Source: Candidatus Tabaqchalia intestinavium (GTDB lineage: Bacteria; Bacillota; Clostridia; Oscillospirales; CAJFTT01). From it: 64,000 nt of DNA. The stretch is from assembly GCA_904420005.1 (NCBI GenBank), contig CAJFTT010000044.1, positions 41,766 to 105,765 of the forward strand. The letters run 5' to 3'. Positions 49,452-57,509 of this stretch are shown here, in pieces. Numbering within the stretch: the stretch's first letter is position 1; each line of letters opens with the position of its first letter. Both the position numbers and the translations under genes were made by a program. A model generated the notes under the pieces. It was not told where the DNA came from and did no database searches. It saw nothing but the letters and a program-made list of their open reading frames with translations.

Positions 49452-50213
49452 AGGGCGCCTCCGTTCCTTGAAAATGATGCCGCCGGGCCGCGCGGCGGGA
49501 AAAGCAGGAAACCAGACGGCCAGGCAGGCACAGCGGCGGACACGGCAGCCGGAGAAATCTCCTCAGACGCAGCCTGGCCGGCGCAGCAGCGCCGCATGAC
49601 CGTTCAGGCCCGCAGGACTCCACCGTGGTCCGATGTCGGCGCGCTGTTGTCGCGCGGCAGTCGCCGGCTTGGCAGGGTTCCAGCCCGCGCCGTTTCACCG
49701 TTCCGGTTGTGTGGAAAAACGCGCCGTGGTCATCGGTGCATGCGTAGCCAGGCGATATATCTGCCGCCTGATGTCCAGCACAACAAGCCTGCCGCAGGGT
49801 AGCTCGAGACACGGCTGCCGGGCGGGCAGCTTTGGCATGGGCGCGCCGCCCCGACCAGCCGCGGCCCTGCCGCCCGCCTCAAGAAGGCATACTGCCAGGT
49901 TCGCGCAAATTACAAACCCATTCTTTCATAACCGCCCGGCTCTTTTGCGACCGGCGACCGTATCCGCCGCCTTGCCGCCCGATCCGCTCCGGCTGGCCGC
50001 GGGCGGCGGCAGCCGGGGGAATCCCGCCGGTGCAGCCTGGCCGGCGCAGCGGCGCCGAACACGCAGCTTCCCGTTCGGCACGGATTTTCCGCCGCGCACG
50101 CAGGCCACCGGATTCCTGCCGCCCACGGGGCGCTTTCCCTCCCGCGCAGCGCGCCGCTCGAATCCGGCAACATCGGCCAGCGGGCGGCATATATTGCTGT
50201 AACCGCCGGCGCG

Positions 50214-50840
50214 TCAGCGAAAACGCGGGCGCGCGCGGTCGGCTTCGTCAAGATGGGACGCGTCCCCCGTATACACCACACGGCGCAGCGCGCCGCCGTC
50301 ATATTCCAGCAGGCTGACCGAAGTATTGGGGCTCCAGCCCACCTCCTGTCCGCACAGCTGCGTCAACAGCGTGCGCAGCGCACAGCCATGGGAAACCGCT
50401 GCCACTGTCTCGCCCGGGTGGTGCGCGGCGATCTCGCTGACGACGGCCTGCATGCGCGCCGCCACCTCCGCGAGGCTCTCTCCGCCGCCCGGCCGGCAGG
50501 CAAGGTCGCCCGCCTCGAACGAGTCATAGGCTTCCGGGTCGCGCGCGGCGATTTCCCAGAAATGCATCCCTTCCCAGTCGCCGGCGTGGATCTCCCGCAG
50601 CCGGGGCGTCGTGATGATGGGCAGCGCGGGATGGAAGCGCCCCACCGCCTGCGCCGTGCGCACGGCGCGCGTCAGGTCGCTGGAATAAATAGCCGCCAGC
50701 GGCACCTCGCGGAACCGCTCCGCCAGCCGCTCGAGCTGCGCAAGCCCGTGCGGGGTCAGCTGCCCGTCGGTGTGCCCGTGGAACGCGCGCTGCAGATTGC
50801 CCTCCGCTTGCGCGTGGCGAACGAGGTAAATTGTCGTCAT
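50214..50840 (-). CDS. Histidine phosphatase (phosphoglycerate mutase-like) family protein
   Basis: IYLVRHAQAEGN (RHG motif) and a downstream SHG. 208 aa. Confidence 0.85.
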   Translation of the reverse strand: MTTIYLVRHAQAEGNLQRAFHGHTDGQLTPHGLAQLERLAERFREVPLAAIYSSDLTRAVRTAQAVGRFHPALPIITTPRLREIHAGDWEGMHFWEIAARDPEAYDSFEAGDLACRPGGGESLAEVAARMQAVVSEIAAHHPGETVAAVSHGCALRTLLTQLCGQEVGWSPNTSVSLLEYDGGALRRVVYTGDASHLDEADRARPRFR

Positions 50841-51121
50841 GGAAACGCCCGCTTTCCTGTTTTGCTCGGCGGCGGGTCTCCCGCCCGCCAGCCTCTTTCT
50901 GCTTCAAATTATACAATGTGCCGCCGCGTTTGGCAAGTCGGCGGGGCCGCTCTTGGTCAATTTGCTGCATTTTGGACTTGCGAAATTGTATAATACAACA
51001 AAATCGCAGCGTTGTGCAGCAAAATCATCAAAGAATAATTGACTTTTTTTATAATATTTGTTCTAATAGTATATGGATTTCATGCGGATCGGATTTTCGC
51101 GTAATAAAGGAGGTTTTTGCA

Positions 51122-52717
51122 TTGCGGACTCGGTTCAAACGGTTGAGCGCGCTCGCCGCGGCGGCCGCCATGGTGGCGACGGCCGCGCTGACGACGGCTT
51201 GCCAGCGGCAACAGGAAGTGGACATCATGCAGCCGATCACCTTCCCGCTCGAGGAGCAGGTGACCCTGTCGTGGTGGTTCCCGTGGGACAATACCTACAC
51301 GCCGGAATATTCTACGGTAGGGGACCATCCCTTCATGCAGGAGTTGCAGGCACGCACAAACGTGCAGTTCGAATTCATCCATCCCACCTCGGCGGATTTC
51401 GGGCAGCAAAAGACAGAATATATGAACCAGCTGGCCGCCGGCAACATCCCCGACATGGTCACGCACGGCATTTATTTCCCCGACCACAGCGGCAGCACCA
51501 TCGACGGCGCGATTGACGACGGTATTTATATTCGTCTCAATGAACTGGTTGACGTGCATATGCCGAATTTCAAGACCATCCTCAATTCCAATTCCATTAT
51601 TTCCCGGCAGGTTTATACCGAGCAGGGCAATTTGATTTACATCCCGAAGATCCTGCTGTTCGACGTCAACGACAGCCTTCAAGGATCGGGCGGCCTCGTC
51701 ATCCGCAAAGATATGCTCGACGAGCTGCAGCTCGATGTGCCGGAGACAGTCGCCGACTGGTATAACGTGCTGACGCGGCTGAAGATTTCCGGCAGCGTGC
51801 CCTACCCGCTGGAATTCGGCGATATGCGTTTCGGCCCCTGGACGGGGCTGGCCTTCTTCACGGGCTACGGCACCTATAACAGCTATTACCTCGGCGACGA
51901 CGGCAAGATCCGCTTTGGTCTGCTGGACGATGCAATGCGTGATTACGTCCAGGAAATGGCCAAATGGAACGCCGAGGGTCTGCTCGCGCTGGAGTATTTC
52001 GACGAGACGGTGCGCGCCAGCGACGACGTGGCTGCCTGGGTGGGCGGTCCCGACGAGCTGGAGAGCCTGCCGCTCATCGCGCAAAACCCGAATTATGAGC
52101 TCATCGGGGTGAAATACCCCACGTTGGAGGCGGGCAAGGACATCGAGTTTCTCAGCACCTCCTATCCTCTGGGCTCGGATGTGTGGCGTAATCTGCTCAT
52201 CTCCGCGGATTGCCAGCGGCCGGACGTCGCGCTGGCCGTGATTGACCAGTTCTATACGGAAGAATCCTTCTACCGCACCTCTTACGGCGTGGAGGGCGAG
52301 GATTACACGATCGATGCGGACGGCAACGTGCAGTTCACCGACAAGATCAAGAACGATCCCGACGGCATGCGTTTCGCCATCGCCCACACTGCGTTCCTCG
52401 ATTCGTTCTGGTATGACTCGGAAGTGTTCCTCAAGTACACCTATTCCGAAAAGACGCAGGAATCCATCGAGCAGTGGGCGCGCGGCACGCGCGATCGTGT
52501 GGTGCCGTTCGGCAAGCTCACCGACGAGGAATCGGAGGCCATCGCGCAGCTGGGCGACCGCTACGGCACGCAGGTCGGCGGGCTCAACGGCTTCGTCCGC
52601 GGCGACCGGCCGATGACCGAATGGGATGCCTGGAAGCGTGATATGGCCGACGCGGGCGTGATGGATGAGCTCGCGATTTATCAGCAGGCCTACGACCGGT
52701 ATCTCGAGTCCATGTGA
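51122..52717 (+). CDS. Extracellular solute-binding lipoprotein (large family-1 sugar ABC SBP), no permease genes adjacent
   Basis: TTG start 9 nt after AAGGAGG. The signal peptide ends in lipobox LTTAC. About 530 aa, typical of large carbohydrate SBPs. The track ORF start at 50831 is an extension. Confidence 0.75.
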   Translation: MRTRFKRLSALAAAAAMVATAALTTACQRQQEVDIMQPITFPLEEQVTLSWWFPWDNTYTPEYSTVGDHPFMQELQARTNVQFEFIHPTSADFGQQKTEYMNQLAAGNIPDMVTHGIYFPDHSGSTIDGAIDDGIYIRLNELVDVHMPNFKTILNSNSIISRQVYTEQGNLIYIPKILLFDVNDSLQGSGGLVIRKDMLDELQLDVPETVADWYNVLTRLKISGSVPYPLEFGDMRFGPWTGLAFFTGYGTYNSYYLGDDGKIRFGLLDDAMRDYVQEMAKWNAEGLLALEYFDETVRASDDVAAWVGGPDELESLPLIAQNPNYELIGVKYPTLEAGKDIEFLSTSYPLGSDVWRNLLISADCQRPDVALAVIDQFYTEESFYRTSYGVEGEDYTIDADGNVQFTDKIKNDPDGMRFAIAHTAFLDSFWYDSEVFLKYTYSEKTQESIEQWARGTRDRVVPFGKLTDEESEAIAQLGDRYGTQVGGLNGFVRGDRPMTEWDAWKRDMADAGVMDELAIYQQAYDRYLESM

Positions 52718-52757
52718 CCGTGTGACGCCGGCGGCTGGCTTTCAAGCTTACGCAGGC

Positions 52758-52793
52758 GGCCCGGCGGGGGAATTCCCCGCCGGGCCGTTTTTC
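52758..52793 (+). terminator. Rho-independent terminator after the SBP gene
   Basis: Stem GGCCCGGCGGGG / CCCCGCCGGGCC with loop GAATT, followed by GTTTTTC. Confidence 0.75.
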
Positions 52794-52812
52794 TTGCCCC
52801 GCTTGCAGCCTG

Positions 52813-53096
52813 GACAAAAAAGCCTTTCGCCCCCAAGCGGGCGAAAGGCTTTCCCAACGCGGGCCGGCCGCGCAGCAGCATGAAAGGAGACGGCTTCGCC
52901 CGCCGGCCCGCGCGCATCCGGCCGGCGCAAACGCAGGCAACCAAAACGACAGAGCACGAAATACCGCCCCGCGCGCGTCCGGGCCGCGCTGATATTTTGG
53001 GGCCAAGGCAGTCCAGTATGGATGCCGCCCCGCGCTGCGCGGTCACTGCACGCCGCGGTAATACAGCCCGCGCGTATACGACGCAGGCGGGGTGGC
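52813..53096. repeat. Direct repeat copy 1 (about 284 bp) of the U32 peptidase 3' end plus its downstream region
   Basis: About 95% identical by eye to 57221-57509. It includes a minus-strand terminator (perfect stem AAAGCCTTTCGCCC / GGGCGAAAGGCTTT at 52819-52852, then TTTTTTGTC on the minus strand) and two CRISPR-like units. Confidence 0.85.
53043..53096 (-). pseudogene. Duplicated 3'-terminal fragment of the U32 peptidase gene
   Basis: Encodes ...TPPASYTRGLYYRGVQ*, identical to the C-terminus of the intact U32 gene ending at 57456. No upstream coding continuity. Confidence 0.7.
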
Positions 53097-53260
53097 ATAG
53101 AATCCCCGTCGGCGGCTGCCCCAGCCTCCTGGCGAATCGCGCGCAGAGGCCCTTCCTGAAAAGGCGGGCCGCCAGCGCCATCGCCCTAACGCGCATCCGG
53201 AATGGGCCGGCGGCGCGGCGATTCCGGCATGGCAGACACAGCGTGCGCCGGGCAAGCAGA

Positions 53261-53302
53261 GAAGAAGGGCCTTTCCCCCGCAAAGGGGAAAGACCCTTCT
53301 TC
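53261..53302 (-). terminator. Hairpin 16 nt downstream of the 53318 gene stop
   Basis: 18-bp stem GAAGAAGGGCCTTTCCCC / GGGGAAAGACCCTTCTTC with one mismatch. There is only a weak pyrimidine tract after it on the minus strand. Confidence 0.4.
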
Positions 53303-53317
53303 CGCGTGGTCCCCGCT

Positions 53318-53983
53318 TCAGCGGAAACGCAGCGCGAACCGGTTGACCGCCGCGCCCGCGCCGGCCAGCAGCAGGCCGAGCGCCAGCAGCGGCAGGTACG
53401 TCTCCAGCAGCAGCGGCAGCGTGAGGGGCGACGTGCGGATATACTGCAAGAACAGGCCGCCCGCATCCTGCGCCAGCAGGGCCAGCAGCGTATACGCCAG
53501 CGCGGCGAGCAGCGTGAGGATGATCGAGCCGGTCAAAAACGCCAGCAGGTAGACCAGCCCGAAATAGAACACGCTCACGCACAGCAGCCGGAAAAATTCC
53601 AGCTGCATCCCCGGCAGAACCGCCCCGCCAAGGCACAGCAGCAGCGCCGCGTTGAGCTGATACAGCACGAACAGCGCCAGCATATCCGGCAGCTTCCCCC
53701 TGCTGCGGCTGACGAACAGCAGCTCGTTGCCGTCGGCTTCGACATATTCGCGCAGTGTGAACAGCACCCACCATATGGAGAAAAACGGCACCAGATACTG
53801 CACAAACTCCAAAACATGAAAATACAGCGCCGAACCCAGCCCTTCCTGCCGATAGAACAGATAGCTGACAAACGGCAGCAGCACATTGAGCACCAGCGGC
53901 GGCGCCAGCGCCAGCGCGCGCAGGTTCTTCAGATGCAGCCACATCCGCCGCATGAGCAGCCTCACAGACCCCTGAGCGCGCAT
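53318..53983 (-). CDS. Polytopic membrane protein (ABC-2-permease-like), last gene of a 3-gene ABC cassette
   Basis: 221 aa with about 6 hydrophobic helices. It overlaps the stop of the upstream ABC ATPase gene by 22 nt. Confidence 0.6.
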   Translation of the reverse strand: MRAQGSVRLLMRRMWLHLKNLRALALAPPLVLNVLLPFVSYLFYRQEGLGSALYFHVLEFVQYLVPFFSIWWVLFTLREYVEADGNELLFVSRSRGKLPDMLALFVLYQLNAALLLCLGGAVLPGMQLEFFRLLCVSVFYFGLVYLLAFLTGSIILTLLAALAYTLLALLAQDAGGLFLQYIRTSPLTLPLLLETYLPLLALGLLLAGAGAAVNRFALRFR

Positions 53984-54807
53984 ATGTACCCGTCCTCCAG
54001 CGTCGCCTCCGCCGCAGGGAAGGCCTGCGGCTGCCCGGACAGCACCTTGAGCATGATCCGGCCGTCGGCTTCAAACTGATCCTGCACGACATAGTCCCCC
54101 TGCAGCCCGGCGGCGTCGGTCTGCGGCACAAGATAGGTTTTCCCCGCCGCCCGCCGGCGAAGGGCCTCGCTGGGGCCGGACGTCACGATGCGGCCGGCGT
54201 CGAGCACGACGACTGTGTCGCAGCTGGCCTCCACGTCGCTGACGATATGGGTGGAGATGAGAACCGTGCGGCCGGGCCGCACCTCGGCGATCACCCGCTT
54301 GAAGCGCAGGCGCTCCTCGGGGTCAAGCCCCGCCGTCGGTTCGTCGAAAATGAGGATCTCCGGGTCGCCCAGCAGCGCCTGCGCAATGCCCAGCCGGCGG
54401 ACCATCCCGCCGGACAGCGTGCGCACCTTGCTGTGCAGATGCTCGGAGAGATTGACCTGCGCCACACAGCGCTCAATATTTTCCCGCACGCCCGGCCCGC
54501 GCATTCCCTTGAGGTTGGCGAGCATCTCCAGCATTTCATACACGCGCAGCTCCCGGAACAGGCCGAATTTCTGCGGCAGATAGCCGATATGGCGCAGATA
54601 ATCGCGGTCATCCTGCACCGAAACGCCATTCAGCTGGACAGCGCCCGCCGGCACCGGGTAAAGCCGGGTCAGGCAGCGCATGAGCGTGGTTTTCCCCGCG
54701 CCGTTGGGGCCGAGCAGGCCGTAGACGCCTTCGTCAAAGCGGATGGACAGGTCGCGGAGAACGGTCTTTCTCCCAAAGCGTTTGTTGAGTCCCTGCACTG
54801 TCAGCAA
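53962..54807 (-). CDS. ABC transporter ATP-binding protein (ABC-2/DrrA-like)
   Basis: Walker A GPNGAGKTT, signature LSGGMVRRLGIAQAL, Walker B ILIFDEPTAGLDP. I place the start at TTG 54807, 5 nt after AGAAGGG. The track ORF to 55014 is an extension. Confidence 0.85.
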   Translation of the reverse strand: MLTVQGLNKRFGRKTVLRDLSIRFDEGVYGLLGPNGAGKTTLMRCLTRLYPVPAGAVQLNGVSVQDDRDYLRHIGYLPQKFGLFRELRVYEMLEMLANLKGMRGPGVRENIERCVAQVNLSEHLHSKVRTLSGGMVRRLGIAQALLGDPEILIFDEPTAGLDPEERLRFKRVIAEVRPGRTVLISTHIVSDVEASCDTVVVLDAGRIVTSGPSEALRRRAAGKTYLVPQTDAAGLQGDYVVQDQFEADGRIMLKVLSGQPQAFPAAEATLEDGYICALRGL

Positions 54808-54829
54808 AATATCCCTTCTTTCTCTTTGG

Positions 54830-56746
54830 TCAACAGAGGCCTTCGAGGAATTCCCGCGAATCGCGCCGGTCTGCGGCATCGGCAAGATAGGCGTCCACCC
54901 GCGCGAGCGCTTCTTCCTCGCCCAGCGTTTCCACCGCGGCCTGCAGCAGCATGGCCATGCCGGTTTCGCCCGTGCTTTGGTAGGCCGTTTGTTCCGCCGC
55001 CAGCCGGTTTTCAAAATTCTCCGGGTCGTCCCGATACGTTTTCAGCAGGTTGAACGCCTCCTGCTTCTGCGGCGCGATGAAGCTGCGCTCATAATACGAC
55101 GCCAGCCCGCGCAGCTGCATGCATACCAGCGTCCCGTCAGAATACAGATGGCACCGCGCGTGCAGCTCCATCTGGGCGCCGGGCAGGATCATGACTTTCC
55201 GGATTTCCCGGCCGTCGGTCTTCGACGCGAGGAATCCATTGAGGTCGGCCGCCAGCTGCTCCGGGCGGAACTGCTCGGTGTCCAGATAAGGGTAAACGAC
55301 CTGCACGCCGTTCACCGTCTCCTCGGTCAGGAACCCGGCGAGCAGCGTCACGCCGTCCGTCCGGCCCGCGAAGGTGTTGCGGCCCGTCTGCGGCAGGTCG
55401 CAGAAAACCGTTTTGCCGTACTGCACCCGCAGCGTGACGTCGACCGGCTGCTCCGTCAGCAGCTTGTAAAAGCTCTGGTTCTCCACGTCGTACAGCGCAT
55501 GGTAGCCGCTGTGCGGATAATACGCGAAATGCCCCGGCAGGTTGATCCCCTGCGCATGCGCGTAATACGTCGGGTTGTCGCCCGCATAGGTGAAGGTCAG
55601 GCTGTCCACGCGGCCCGCGGCGCCGTTCTCTACGGCGAGCGTGTCGCCCTGCTGCGTGAAGCGCAGCGGCGTGCCGTCCTGGTCCGTGACCTGCGAAACC
55701 TGATACCCGTGGTAGAGCGTGAATTTATAGCAGGGCAGGGCCGGCTGATCCACCTGCGCCGTCACGCGGGCCGACAGCTGCAGCCCGACCGTCAGGTCCA
55801 TGTCATAGCCCGTGACGGAAAAGCCGCCGTCCTCCTCCTTCTGCTCGGCAAACTGGTAATAATCCAGATCCCACACATACCCGCTGCGCGCGCTGCGGTC
55901 GCTCGCCGTCCTGGCCATCGGCAACAGATACACCGCCAGACTGCCCACGCACAGCACGGCGCAGGCCAGCGCCGCGGCGCGCCGCGCCCGCCGGCGGTCG
56001 CACAGCGTTTTCCACAGCACCGGGACGGCGAACAGCGCCAGCCAGAACACCGTCGCGCTGATGCGGTCGGGCAGCAGCGAATAGCCGACGCTGTGCTGCG
56101 GCAGGCTCTCCAGCCCCCGCGGGAACAGGCAGAGGAATTCATACACGGGGAACACGTCGATCCACAGCGCATAGTAGAGCGCCTGCGCCACATAAAGCGC
56201 CAGCGGGGAACCCAGCAGGATGAACAGCACCAGCACCAGACAGGCGGCGAACCGGTTGAGCGTCAGCGCCGCCGCCATACCCAACAGGATGCCGGCCAGA
56301 GAGACGAGGAAAATGTACAAAAGCACACAACCCAAAATATGCAGCACCGCCTCCGCGCGCCCAATTTGCAGCGCGAAGCAGGCATACGCATTATAGCCCG
56401 CCGCGACAAGCGTGAAAAGCAGATCCAGCGCGAGCAGCAGCAGGAACTGGCTGCCGTAAAGCCGGGGCAGGCCGTGCCGGGTCACCCGCGCGCACTCGAG
56501 CAGCGCGTCATGCCGCGGCTTATCGGCAAAATAATAGGAAACGAACGTGAAAAAGACGAAGCACAGCATCGACAGCGGCAGCGTCGCCCGCAGCATCGCG
56601 AGATCGCCAAGCAGCCGATCCCCCGGCAGGGTCCTCGCCTCGTCAAACAGGACGTAATGAAAGTAAAGAAAAAACAGGCCGGTAAAGGCCGGCAGGACCC
56701 AGTCCTTGCAAAACAGCCGGATCGTCAGCGACATCTGCCTGCGCAT
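54830..56746 (-). CDS. Large membrane protein: N-terminal multi-TM permease-like region fused to a soluble beta-rich domain
   Basis: 638 aa. About 8 TM helices lie in the first ~290 aa. The C-terminal ~340 aa recall the N-terminal beta domain of M1 aminopeptidase-type ABC permease fusions, but I see no HExxH. Confidence 0.55.
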   Translation of the reverse strand: MRRQMSLTIRLFCKDWVLPAFTGLFFLYFHYVLFDEARTLPGDRLLGDLAMLRATLPLSMLCFVFFTFVSYYFADKPRHDALLECARVTRHGLPRLYGSQFLLLLALDLLFTLVAAGYNAYACFALQIGRAEAVLHILGCVLLYIFLVSLAGILLGMAAALTLNRFAACLVLVLFILLGSPLALYVAQALYYALWIDVFPVYEFLCLFPRGLESLPQHSVGYSLLPDRISATVFWLALFAVPVLWKTLCDRRRARRAAALACAVLCVGSLAVYLLPMARTASDRSARSGYVWDLDYYQFAEQKEEDGGFSVTGYDMDLTVGLQLSARVTAQVDQPALPCYKFTLYHGYQVSQVTDQDGTPLRFTQQGDTLAVENGAAGRVDSLTFTYAGDNPTYYAHAQGINLPGHFAYYPHSGYHALYDVENQSFYKLLTEQPVDVTLRVQYGKTVFCDLPQTGRNTFAGRTDGVTLLAGFLTEETVNGVQVVYPYLDTEQFRPEQLAADLNGFLASKTDGREIRKVMILPGAQMELHARCHLYSDGTLVCMQLRGLASYYERSFIAPQKQEAFNLLKTYRDDPENFENRLAAEQTAYQSTGETGMAMLLQAAVETLGEEEALARVDAYLADAADRRDSREFLEGLC

Positions 56747-56945
56747 TGGCCCCTCCCCTTTCTGTATGCGGCGGCCTCCCTCGGCGAAAGGGAAGCCGCC
56801 GCTGTCTCTTATGGGTCCGAACAGATGCAGTTTTCACGCGGACACGGCGCGCCATACGCCGGAGCACCCGTTGTGACCAGCCGGCGATCCGGCCGTCCGC
56901 CCATACCCGCACTTATAGAAAAAAACGCACTAAACATGCATTGCT

Positions 56946-56974
56946 ATTGTACTATACCAAATCCTGCCTGTCAA
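56946..56974 (-). promoter_or_regulatory. Consensus sigma-70 promoter of the ABC cassette (minus strand)
   Basis: The minus strand reads TTGACA, 17-nt spacer, TACAAT. It lies in an AT-rich tract about 190 nt upstream of the ATG at 56746. Confidence 0.6.
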
Positions 56975-57220
56975 TATTTGTATTCTATTTCTGGTCAAAA
57001 AACCAGCATTAAAAAGTAACATCCTTGCTCAAGCGCCTGAAGATATGATATTTTTTTGAATGTAATTCCCAATTTCAGCTTCAAAAGCAGCATATTCCGC
57101 AAAAGGTTATTTGTAGAACCAAAATCCTCCGCCAGGATAGCGGGGCACGCAATTCTGCTCCCATATTTTCCAGCGCTTTTTAGCCCCCGGCAGAGCCGCG
57201 GGCAGGATCCTGCTCCAAGC

Positions 57221-57509
57221 GACAAAAAAGCCTTTCGCCCCCAAGCGGGCAAAAGGCTTTCCCAACGCGGGCCGGCCGCGCAGCAGCATGAAAAGGAGAC
57301 GGCTTCACCCGCCGGCCCGCGCGCATCCGGCCGGCGCAAACGCAGGTAACCAAAACGACAGAGCACAAAATGCCGCCCCGCGCGCGTCCGGGCCGCGCTG
57401 ATATTTTGGGTCCAAGGCAGTCCAGTATGGATGCCGCCCGCCCCGCGCTGCGCGGTCACTGCACGCCGCGGTAATACAGCCCGCGCGTATACGACGCGGG
57501 CGGGGTGGC
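57221..57509. repeat. Direct repeat copy 2 (about 289 bp): native 3' end of the U32 gene plus downstream region and terminator
   Basis: Matches 52813-53096. It contains the U32 stop at 57456 and the minus-strand terminator hairpin at 57227-57260. Confidence 0.85.

Noticed and set aside
49569-50058. GCAGCCTGGCCGGCGCAGC(A/G)GCGCCG occurs twice, at 49569 and 50031.
   Set aside because: The shared sequence is only about 27 nt of GC-rich, low-information sequence inside a repeat-filled gap. That is too short for me to claim a bracketing duplication like the other three cases.
52813-57509. Diversity-generating retroelement (template/variable repeat pair) as an explanation for the 285-bp repeats.
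   Set aside because: Mismatches between the copies are mixed (G/A, C/T, G/T, indels) rather than adenine-specific. No reverse transcriptase gene is present in the window.
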